Source: Octopus vulgaris (taxonomy: Eukaryota). Taken from it: a stretch of 64,000 nt of DNA. Both the position numbers and the translations under genes were made by a program. Positions 10,049-21,375 of the stretch are shown piece after piece (position 1 is the stretch's first letter; each line of letters starts with the position of its first letter). The notes under the pieces were generated by a model. The model made no database searches, was not told the origin of the DNA, and was given only the letters and a program-made list of their open reading frames with translations. The DNA lies in contig OX597833.1 of NCBI GenBank assembly GCA_951406725.2, positions 3,658,001 through 3,722,000 on the forward strand, given 5' to 3'.

Positions 10049-12047
10049 TGAATGAATAAGCTTCAGTCTGTGTTGTTGAGGACTTAATGTATGCTTCAAC
10101 ATTTTCCTCATCTTAGCTAGCATTTTGATGTTAATGATAAATAGTATCAGTTAGGAATGACTGTGTGGTTAAGATGTTTGCTTCCCGACCACGTGGTTTC
10201 AGGTTCAATCCCACTGCACAGCACCATGGGCAAGTATCTTCTACCGTAGCCCCAGGCTGATCAAAGCCTTTGAATGAATAAGCTTCAGTCTGTGTTGTTG
10301 AGGACTTAATGTATGCTTCAACATTTTCCTCATCTTAGCTAGCATTTTGATGTTGATGATAAATAGTATCAGTTAGGAATGACTGTGTGGTTAAGATGTT
10401 TGCTTCCCGACCACGTGGTTTCAGGTTCAATCCCACTGCACAGCACCATGGGCAAGTATCTTCTACCGTAGCCCCAGGCTGATCAAAGCCTTTGAATGAA
10501 TAAGCTTCAGTCTGTGTTGTTGAGGACTTAATGTATGCTTCAACATTTTCCTCATCTTAGCTAGCATTTTGATGTTGATGATAAATAGTATCAGTTAGGA
10601 ATGACTGTGTGGTTAAGATGTTTGCTTCCCGACCATGTGGTTTCAGGTTCAATCCCACTGCACAGCACCATGGGCAAGTATCTTCTACCGTAGCCCCAGG
10701 CTGATCAAAGCCTTTGAATGAATAAGCTTCAGTCTGTGTTGTTGAGGACTTAATGTATGCTTCAACATTTTCCTCATCTTAGCTAGCATTTTGATGTTGA
10801 TGATAAATAGTATCAGTTAGGAATGACTGTGTGGTTAAGATGTTTGCTTCCCGACCACGTGGTTTCAGGTTCAATCCCACTGCACAGCACCATGGGCAAG
10901 TATCTTCTACCGTAGCCCCAGGCTGATCAAAGCCTTTGAATGAATAAGCTTCAGTCTGTGTTGTTGAGGACTTAATGTATGCTTCAACATTTTCCTCATC
11001 TTAGCTAGCATTTTGATGTTGATGATAAATAGTATCAGTTAGGAATGACTGTGTGGTTAAGATGTTTGCTTCCCGACCACGTGGTTTCAGGTTCAATCCC
11101 ACTGCACAGCACCATGGGCAAGTATCTTCTACCGTAGCCCCAGGCTGATCAAAGCCTTTGAATGAATAAGCTTCAGTCTGTGTTGTTGAGGACTTAATGT
11201 ATGCTTCAACATTTTCCTCATCTTAGCTAGCATTTTGATGTTGATGATAAATAGTATCAGTTAGGAATGACTGTGTGGTTAAGATGTTTGCTTCCCCGAC
11301 CACGTGGTTTCAGGTTCAATCCCACTGCACAGCACCATGGGCAAGTATCTTCTACCGTAGCCCCAGGCTGATCAAAGCCTTTGAATGAATAAGCTTCAGT
11401 CTGTGTTGTTGAGGACTTAATGTATGCTTCAACATTTTCCTCATCTTAGCTAGCATTTTGATGTTGATGATAAATAGTATCAGTTAGGAATGACTGTGTG
11501 GTTAAGATGTTTGCTTCCCGACCACGTGGTTTCAGGTTCAATCCCACTGCACAGCACCATGGGCAAGTATCTTCTACCGTAGCCCCAGGCTGATCAAAGC
11601 CTTTGAATGAATAAGCTTCAGTCTGTGTTGTTGAGGACTTAATGTATGCTTCAACATTTTCCTCATCTTAGCTAGCATTTTGATGTTGATGATAAATAGT
11701 ATCAGTTAGGAATGACTGTGTGGTTAAGATGTTTGCTTCCCGACCACGTGGTTTCAGGTTCAATCCCACTGCACAGCACCATGGGCAAGTATCTTCTACC
11801 GTAGCCCCAGGCTGATCAAAGCCTTTGAATGAATAAGCTTCAGTCTGTGTTGTTGAGGACTTAATGTATGCTTCAACATTTTCCTCATCTTAGCTAGCAT
11901 TTTGATGTTGATGATAAATAGTATCAGTTAGGAATGACTGTGTGGTTAAGATGTTTGCTTCCCGACCACGTGGTTTCAGGTTCAATCCCACTGCACAGCA
12001 CCATGGGCAAGTATCTTCTACCGTAGCCCCAGGCTGATCAAAGCCTT
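10049..12047 (+). repeat. Tandem array, 9 x 222 bp, each unit = unique flank plus SINE-A head
   Basis: tgaatgaataagc recurs at 10049, 10271, 10493, 10715, 10937, 11159, 11382, 11604 and 11826. Units are almost identical. Confidence 0.95.
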
Positions 12048-12289
12048 TGTGAATGGGTTTCGTAGACGGAAACTGAAAGAAGCCTGTCATATATTCATAT
12101 ATGTATGTGACGGACTTCTTTCAGTATCTATCTGCTGGATCTACTCACAGGGCTTTGGTCGCCCCCGAGGCTGTTTATTAAGGATGCTTGCCCAAAGTGC
12201 TACGAAGTGGGACTGAACATGGAACCATGTGGTTGGGAAGCAAGCTTCTTACCACACAACCACACCTGCAAATATATATATATATATAT

Positions 12290-12880
12290 ATGCCAGTACC
12301 CCGCTGACTGCCTCCTGTGCTGGTGGCACGTAAAAAGCACTATCCAAATGTAAACAACTGTCTCTTGTGCCGGTGGCACGTACAAAGCACTATCTGAACG
12401 TAATCAATGCCAGGACCACCTGACTGGCTTCTGTCCTGGTGGCGCGTAAAAAGCACCAACGGAGTGGTTGGCGTTAGGAAGGGCATCCAGCTGTAGAAAC
12501 ATTGCCAGATAAGATTGGAGCCTGGTGCAGCCTCCTGGCTCTCCTGACCTCAGTCAAACCGTCCAACCCATGCCAGCATGGAAAGCAGACGTTAAATGAT
12601 GATGGTGATGCATGCAAGTGCATTTTTGTCCTTGTCATGGTAAATGATTGCTGTCAGGAAGTGTTGCCGTCATATAAGCAGCATCATTAATTTCCTGTCA
12701 CCATCATCATCATCATCATTTAACATCCGTTTTTCCATGCTGGTATGGGTTGGATGGTTTGATAGAAAATATAAACTGGGAAACTGCACCAGGTTCCAGT
12801 CTGATTTGGTATGATTTCTATGGCTGAATGCCCTTCCTAATGCCAACCATTCCAAGAGTGTAGTACGTCCCACTGGCATG
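12290..12880. mobile_element. Two copies of a SINE/LINE-tail repeat ending in (GAT)n, tail-to-tail (12290-12610 +, 12700-12880 -)
   Basis: ggttggcgttaggaagggcatccagc...aacccatgccagcatggaaa...gttaaatgatgat and its reverse complement. Related pieces at 20403-20575 and 23832-23995. Confidence 0.7.
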
Positions 12881-13178
12881 GGTGCCATTTGCATTACACC
12901 AGCATTGGACATAACTATGATCTCACTTAGCTTGACAGGTCTTCTCAAGCACGGTATATTCTTTTCTGCTCTTGGCATAAGCCCAAAATTTTTTGGGAAG
13001 CGGCCAGTCGATTAGATCGACCCCAATACGCAACTGGTACTTAATTTATTGACCTCCAAAAGAATGAAAGACAAAGTCAACATTGGCAGAATTTGAACTC
13101 AGAAAGTAAAGACAGACGAAATACCACTAAGCATTTCACCCAGCGTGATAACGTTTCTGCCAGCTCGCCACCTTTGTT

Positions 13179-13214
<36 letters not shown>

Positions 13215-14739
13215 ATAATAATAATATTAATAATTGTAATAATAATAGAAGCCAGGCGAAATGCTTAGCGGTATTTCGTCTGTCGTTACATTGTGAGTTC
13301 AAATTCCGCCGAGGTCGGCTTTGCCATTCATTCTTTCGGGGTTGATAAATTAAGTACCAGTACTAGGGTCGATGTAATCGACTTAATACCTATGTCTGTC
13401 TTTGTTTGGCCCCTCTATGTTTAGCCCCTTGTGGGTAATAAAGAAATAGGTATATTGTCAAAGGTCTTGGCCACTTGTGCCTGCCTCCATGAGGCCCAAT
13501 GTCCGAAGGGTGTCAGTTATGCAACACTGGCATCGGCCAAGAGAAAATATCAACTTGGAAGTATGTGAAGAATGGCAACAAGAGTGTCCAGCCATAGAAA
13601 ATCTACCTCAACAAATTTTATCTGACTCATTCTAGTATGGAAGCATAGACATTAAAACAATAATAATCCTTTTCTGCTGTAGGCTTAAGGCCTGTAATTT
13701 TGTGGGAAGGGGTTAGTTAATTGCATCAATCCCAGTACTTGATGAGTACTTATTTTATTGACCCTGGAAGGCTGAAAAATAAGGTCAACTTCAGTGGAAT
13801 TTAAATTCAGAACATAAAGATGAAGTTACTTCCCTTGGACAGTGTGATATTGCAACATGGGTTGTGGATGAGCAATAAATATTGGATTCAAATTTTGGCA
13901 CAAGGCCAGCAATTTCTGGAGAGTGGAGTAAGTTGATTACATCGGACCCTGACACACGACTGGTACTTATTTTATTGACCCTTAAAGGTTGAAAGATAAA
14001 GTCGACGTCGGCAGAATTTGAACTCAGAACGTAAAGACAGATGAAATGCTTCTAAGCTGTTTGCCCGGCGTGCTTACGGTTCTGCCAGCTCTCTGCCTTA
14101 ATAATAATAACAATCCTTTCTACTATAGGCACAAGGCCTGGATTTTTGTGGGGAGGGGGTACATTCGATCACATCGACCCCAGTATTTGACTGGTACTTA
14201 ATTCATTGACCCCGAAAGTATGAAAGGCAAAGTTGACCTTGGCGGAATTTGAACTCAGAACGTAACGATGTGTGAATTACTGCTAAGCGTTTCATTCAGT
14301 ATGCTAACGATTCTGCCAACTCACTGACTGCCTTAATAATAATAATAATAATAATAATAATGAATGAGTGGGGGAGTATCATAGCCGTGTGTTGAAAGGA
14401 ATTCTTAGAGGTTTGGATAATTCACCTCTGGAAACGTCGGTGGTTTGTTCAACATCCTTAAACAATCCTTATTCAGGGACCTTTTGAGCGGGATGGGTTA
14501 CTTGACCAGAAGAAATTCTAACTGGGCCCCACCTGCAAGGTCATGTGCTGTTTATATTGATATGAGGTCACCATGTCGTGCACATATGGTTGTGATGCTT
14601 GTGCCTGGTGTACCCTTATCAGACGGTTAGTCATGATGGGTATATTGGGCTTCATATATTTTACCCCAGTGTCACTTTGATGGCATGCACTGCTCTCTCA
14701 CTCAATAATAATAGTAATAATTCGAGTTACCACTATTTC

Positions 14740-15058
14740 CAGGACTTTCAAAATACAAAGACCTGGAGAGGTAACTCGAAAGCGGAGTCTAAAAACAGAA
14801 ACAATTCCTATCATAGTAGGTGCATTAGGCATAATAAAAAAATATTCAGACAAATACATAACAAAAACACCAGGACTTACAAACTCATATAACATACAGA
14901 AAATTGCACTACTAGGCACTGCACACATCCTATGCAGAACACTTTCCATACAATAACCATCAGAGCATCACAACAAATCACAGCACATACCCAAGGCACA
15001 CAGAGCTGTGCTCGGTAGTGAAGTGAAAGCACGCTATATAAATAAGACCCCTGAATGA
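14740..15058 (+). mobile_element. 3' end of R4/Dong-like non-LTR retrotransposon (restriction-like endonuclease C-terminus) in a (TAA)n tract
   Basis: Frameshifted translation SKYKDLE...LKTETIPIIVGALGIIKK...NIQKIALLGTAHILCRTLSIQ*, flanked by TAA repeats. Confidence 0.75.
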
Positions 15059-16928
15059 TAATAATAATAATGACATAATTTTACTTCATGTTTCTATGAG
15101 TGGAGTCCAAGTCTCATCCAGAGACCTCAAGGGGCAGCAAGTTATAAGTACTGTGGGCATTATGTCTTAGGATGGTTGATAAATGTCCTGTTTTTGGGGG
15201 GAAGAATGCAGTTCAGTGAGAAGGGTTTGTGTTTTGTGTACCTTGGTTTTGTATGTGCTATTGTTTTAGAAAATGTTCTGAAGACATCTTGTGTTTTCAT
15301 ATATTTTTGCATCTTTATTTTTCAGAGAACGATCAGAATGCTTTGAATCATTTTGGAAAGTTCCAGAAAGAAGAAAAAGAAATTCCAGACTTTCAAGGAA
15401 CCAAAAAGACAACAAAAATAAAATAATTACAAAAAAGAGGAGATTCATCTTATTCTGAAGAAAGGGATGAACATCACAACATTGCATTCTCTGCATCCTT
15501 ATGAACGAGAGGGTTCTTTTGATTATTGCTAAAAAGACTATTTTTGGTTTCTGTCCTTTATCTCATCTGATATTTACAGTTCTGGGATAGAATATCAATA
15601 GATGTGTTATGATTGCTTGTGGTGAACTATTTTTCACTGAGAATACTCAACAAATGTTTGTTTAACCTATGAATTATTTTGGGCTATAACATTAAGCCTT
15701 TAGAGTGAAAAATAAAGAAAAAGCCATCCTCTGATTGGCAGATGCATGTCAATTATCCGTTTATGATTATACCTTGTAGCAAGTCTTCCACTACAGAGTG
15801 TTCTGTTTCATGGCCTGTGTGTCTCATCAGGCAGTGTAAACGGCAGAGAATCTTTTTATAACCAGCAATGTAATGCTACCACATGTGTGATGTTAGATGT
15901 GAAACTGTCTTCGAACAGACAAATGTGCAGCAAAACAGATACATTTCACAGCCAATCAAACGAAACTGTTTTTCAAAGAGAAAAAATTACCTCAAAATGC
16001 CCAATATAGATTTAACTTACTAGGAGAATAAATGTGTGTCTAACATACAAAAGAATAGAAATTGGAAGGAAGAAAATTTCTGCTTCATCGAGGCTTCTCA
16101 AACTTCACATACATACATATATACACATATATACACATATCCTCATTACGTCATTCTTTGATGTCCATTTTCCATTTTGGTCCACCCATAGACATACACT
16201 GCAAAATTCCTTTGAAGTAGATAACTAAGAATGTAATAATTTGTATTATATTTTTTACTTGTGTTTGTTTAATTATTTTGTCATTGTTGTTATTTGATAT
16301 TCACTGCAGGACTTTCATAGTTTTGCTTACATCTGAGGTCTTATCATTGGTTAATATTCTGGCCTGTTTTTTATTTTATTATTTTTTTTTTGTGTAAGAG
16401 TCACTTACTACTCATACTGTTTGTCTTGTTTGTTTTTTTTTGTTGCTTAATAATCAAAACAACATAATTATAATCGTTAGTAATAATAATAACAATAATC
16501 CTTTCTCCTGGAAGCATAAGGCCCCAAATTTGGAGGAAGGGATTAAGTCGATTACATCACCCTCAGTGTGTAAATGGTATTTATTTAATCGACTCTGAAA
16601 GGATGAAAAGCAAAGTTGACCTTGGCAGGATTTGAACTCAAAGCATTGCGGCAAACAAAATATCGCTAAGCATTTCGCCTGCCGTACTAACAATTCTGCC
16701 AGCTTGCCGCCCTAATAATAATAATAATAATAATACAAAAACGAAGAAATATTGTATAAATTTTCTTTTCCTTTCAATAATTTAAAAGAACCAAGCAATA
16801 TCGTTTGAACATTTCAACGAATGATATTAGAAGCAAAATTTTGAAACTACTACTACTACTACTATTATTATTATTATTTGGTGGTGTGAAGACCCGTTGA
16901 TCAATACATCCTTTGTGCTTCATTAACG

Positions 16929-17909
16929 ATGTTGTGTGAACAACTTTCCAGCGCTTCCGAGGCCACGTTTTTCACTCTGCTTCCAGTCAGTAATACTGTG
17001 ACTGTCTCGTCTTCTTCTCCTCCTTCTCCTCCCTCTGCTTCCTCTTCCTTTCAAACCTTCTCCTCTTTCCCTTCAACTCCTTCTTTCACTTCTCTCACTT
17101 CTTCTTTTCCTCCATCTGCTACGACTATTTCTTCTTCTTCTTTTTTACCTTCTTCATCTTTCGTTGTTCCGCCTGTCTCTGCCGATTCTGCTGCCAGTAC
17201 GGCTGTTTCTGTCCAGAATGACGTGTTTACTGATGCCCTCAGTTTAGCGTTGGCCCTTCGCTCTGCTACTGAAGAAAATGGCAGTTGTGAGATTGGTGGC
17301 GGCGAAGGGGTCATCGTAAGGGAAGAAGCAGAAGAAGCGAGCAGTGTGTTGCAGTATGTCTGTGAACACTGTGGCAAACAGTTCCCGAATGCCCACATCT
17401 TGTCCATCCATCGACGTGCGCACACCATCAATGGCACGAGGCCTTATCAGTGCAAGTTCTGTGATAAAGCTTTTTCCGGCTCTCACAACCTGATCAAGCA
17501 CATCCGTACTCACACAGGCGAGAAGCCTTACGCATGCTGTATCTGCAGTAAAGCCTTTGCGGATGCTGGACAGCGGAAAGTGCACATGCGTACGCACACA
17601 GGTGAGAAGCCATTTGAATGTGAGCTCTGCGGTAAGATGTTCTCCCAGTCATGCAACTTGAGGTCACACATGGCGACTCACTCTGGCGTACGTCCTTATC
17701 ATTGTCCTCACTGCTTGAAGGACTTTGCACGCGCCAGCACCTTGCTGCAGCATAAGTTTCACAACCAAGGACAAAACAGTCCTTTGGAGTGCCCGTTCTG
17801 TGACCAGGTCTTTGAGCACAAGTGTTCCTTAAGCGTTCATCTCCGCACACACCCCAGAGAATCCCGAAACAAGGACTCAAAGACAAAACAGAAGAATCTT
17901 GCCACTTAG
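16929..17909 (+). CDS. C2H2 zinc-finger protein, six fingers (fifth atypical), Ser/Pro-rich N-terminus; true start may be a splice acceptor at 16986/16987
   Basis: CxxC-x12-HxxxH repeats with TGEKP linkers (CEHC, CKFC, CCIC, CELC, CPHC, CPFC); open 326-codon frame. Confidence 0.88.
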   Translation: MLCEQLSSASEATFFTLLPVSNTVTVSSSSPPSPPSASSSFQTFSSFPSTPSFTSLTSSFPPSATTISSSSFLPSSSFVVPPVSADSAASTAVSVQNDVFTDALSLALALRSATEENGSCEIGGGEGVIVREEAEEASSVLQYVCEHCGKQFPNAHILSIHRRAHTINGTRPYQCKFCDKAFSGSHNLIKHIRTHTGEKPYACCICSKAFADAGQRKVHMRTHTGEKPFECELCGKMFSQSCNLRSHMATHSGVRPYHCPHCLKDFARASTLLQHKFHNQGQNSPLECPFCDQVFEHKCSLSVHLRTHPRESRNKDSKTKQKNLAT

Positions 17910-19009
17910 GGAATTTGGTACTGATATAAATTTACCTCATATAGAGTGGGAGCCCAATGGCTGTGAGATGAAGGTGTCTATGGCTAAATTAGGTGATTGC
18001 AAATTCTGATGTTATGTTTTTATAGACATGACGGTCTGTCTCTGAGCATGGCACCAGATTCTGATTGGCTCCAATTTGCCTGAACGAACAAAATAAGATA
18101 AAAAAAATAGGAACAAAAATAAACAAAACACAAAACGCTATTCACACTTCCTAGTTAAGTGGTTAGTTATAACGGGTGGGGCCAAAAAAAAGGGGCCAAC
18201 TTTTAGCTCTATATATAGTTGCTTCAATGCAACAACCAACCAACCAACCGTTCTGTCGACGGACGGAAAACTGAGACAAACACTGTGGTATGAATGACTC
18301 AGTGGATAGGGTAGCAGACAACTCAAAGGTTAGCGGTTCCAATCCAGTCACCAGCAAAACTTTGTGCCTACATTTCACCCTTTAGTGTTCAGATCACTCT
18401 GTTGAATGTAATCCTTATTTAATCCCATTGTTTTGAATTAATCTTGTATTATCTTGTAGCTTTGTCGTTTCGATGATGCGATTGTTTATTCTCAGAATGG
18501 CGTTGTAGGGTAGGTGTGACATGTCAGATCTGGCCACTTTGGACATAAAACAGGTTGGATATTTTGGGCCGGGCACGACTGGTTTAAATGCCAAAGGGTC
18601 AAGACACTTAAATTCCAAGTAGCACAGTGCATCTAGCCGTAAACCGGTTCCACAGAATAGAATAAAATGGTTTTATTTTTTGGTTCCAAACCGTAGTTTG
18701 CTGCTTTTAAGTTCAGTTTCAATTCCTTGTGTGGCTTCCTTCGGAGAAGCCTCAACGGTGTTTTAGTCTCAGACTAAAAGTTCATCAAAATCTTTTTGGA
18801 CTTTCGTGCTTTTTTCTTTGTGATTGCAAAGATTGTCAATGATGTGTGGTTTCCATAAGCAATGCTGTTTTCATTTTTCCATTTTCATTTTACATTGGTG
18901 TTCCCATTTGCCATTGGCATCCAAATGTGTTCTTTGACTGGTTTTCTTGTTTTAAAAACTACTTTGTTTCTTATCTGCCTTCTGTCTTGCCTTTTCTCAG
19001 CCCCCCCCT

Positions 19010-19194
19010 CTATCTATCTATCTATTTATCTATCTATCTCTGTTTCTATCTGTCTGTCTCTTATCTCTCTATGTATGTATGTTTGTATCTAACACTTGCT
19101 CTCTATGTTCCGTTTCTCTCCCCTCTATCTATCTATCTATCTATCTCTTTATCTATCTATCTATCTGCCAATCTACCTGTCTGTCTGTCTATCC

Positions 19195-19226
<32 letters not shown>

Positions 19227-19343
19227 CTTTATCTATCTATCTATCTGCCAATCTACCTGTCTGTCTGTCTATCCATCTATCTATCTATCTCTTTCTATTT
19301 ATCTATCTGTCTGTCTATCTCTCTCTCTATCTATCTCTGTCTG

Positions 19344-19399
<56 letters not shown>

Positions 19400-19442
19400 C
19401 ATATCTATCTATCTATCTCTTTCTCTCTTTCTCTCTCTCTTG

Positions 19443-19496
<54 letters not shown>

Positions 19497-19677
19497 CTCT
19501 CTCTCTCTTGCTCTCTTTCTCTCTCTCTTGCTCTCTCTCTCTCTTGCTCTCTCTCTCTTGCTCTCTTTCTCTCTCTCTTGCTCTCTCTCTCTCTTGCTCT
19601 CTCTCTCTCTTGCTCTCTCTCTCTCTTGCTCTCTCTCTCTCTCTCTCTCTCTCTCTTGCTCTCTTTCTCTCTCTCTT

Positions 19678-19710
<33 letters not shown>
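19010..19710. repeat. Compound (TCTA)n/(TC)n microsatellite
   Basis: Directly visible. Confidence 0.95.
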
Positions 19711-21178
19711 CCATCTACCTCCTTCTCCTTATCTATTTCTCTCTCTCTCTACCCACCTACTATTCAATCTCTTTTCGTCTTTCTGTTTCTCAGTCTCTAT
19801 GTCATTCTAGCCTTTTTTTAATTATATTTTGTAAATTAAAACAAGTTTCTTTTGTTATTTGTTGTTTTTCTTTGTTGTTTTTTGTTTTTCTTTGTTTTGA
19901 TTTCCAGATTCAGCAAAAATACTTTTATTTAACAAAAAAAAAAATTCTCCAATTTTTTTGTTATTAAAAAGTAGCATCAAAAACATTAAGGTGATTAATT
20001 TTGCAGACCCCCCGCATGACCTAGGGGTCACATGCAGGGGACACAGGCCCACCGTTGGACCAAGAGAGAGACAAAAAATACACCTCAACATGTTCACTGG
20101 CTCTGACCCTGCTAGAAATAACAACCAAATCTCCCTCATATTACTTTCTGATGTGAACTAATTCAACGATGGAAAGACACATCGTATGACAATGTAGTCG
20201 TAGAGTGTTCTATCAGGAAATAATACGGGATGGTCATGGAGGGAAGTTCTTTGATCTGGGCTAACTTGGTTCCAAACAACAATAGCAACTGGTTCGTTTA
20301 ACTCCTCCTCCTCCTCATCATCATCATCATCATCACCACCATTACCATTGCAACAACCAAGATGAGGGCACCACTCTGACTAATACACAATATAAAATTC
20401 TTCATCATCATCATCATCGCTTAGCATCTGCTTTCCATGATGCCATGGGTTGGACGGTTTGACATGGAACTGGTTAGTAAGAAGCTGTCCAAACTTGAGG
20501 TGCCTGTTGTGTGTTTCTATGGCTGGATGCCCTTCCTAATGCCCACAACTTGGCAGAGTGTGCAGGGTGGCTTTTACAAAAACACAAAACGCTGTTCACA
20601 CTTCCTAGTTAAGTGGTTAGTTATAAGGGGTGAGGCCAAAAAAAAGGGGCCAACTTTTAGCTCTAAATATAATTGCTTCAATGCAACAACCAACCAACCA
20701 GGTTCAGTCCCGTTGTGTGGCACCTTGGGCAAGTGTCTTCTGCTATAGCCTCGGGCCGACCAAAGTCTTGTGAGTGGATTTGGTAGACGGAAACTGAATG
20801 AAGCCTGTCGTATATATATGTATGTATGTGTATATGTTTGTGTGTCTGTTTGTCCCTCTAGCATTGCTTGACAACCGATGCCGGTGTGTTTACGTCCCCG
20901 TCACTTAGCGGTTCGACAAAAGAGACCGATAGGATAAGTACTGGGCTTACAAAGAATAAGTCCCGGGGTCGATTTGCTTGATTAAAGGCGGTGCTCCAGC
21001 ATGGCCACAGTCAAATGACTGAAACAAGTAAAAGAGTAAAGAGTAATATATATATACATACACACATACACTGGCATCTCGGAAAATACAGAATTGTATT
21101 ATCCAATCGCTATGGAACCAACTTAAGACATCAGTTGAGGTGGTTTAAGCCTTAACAATTCACCCTGACACTGCTTAT

Positions 21179-21375
21179 GGGCATAGCATAGTGAGTAAAT
21201 GCATTGGTTTATGCAGTGCAGTCACCTTAGAGAGTCTGAGTTCAATCCCAGACAAGGTGTTAAGGTGGATCAGAAGACACATGAAGAAAGCTAGAACAAC
21301 AGCTGAAACATTGCGAAAGCAAATTATAAGGGAGAGGACACCACTCTAATACATAATAGCATCTTCATCATTATC
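21179..21375 (+). mobile_element. Decayed tRNA-headed SINE carrying a hammerhead-like relic
   Basis: A-box-like tagcatagtgag and B-box-like gagttcaatccc, then cac-ATGAAGAA-agct agaacaac agct-GAAAC-ATT-gcg at 21278-21315. Confidence 0.5.

Noticed and set aside
10049-12047. CRISPR or tRNA/5S gene cluster
   Set aside because: Whole units are identical, and the tRNA-like part is the head of SINE A without a complete cloverleaf or terminator.
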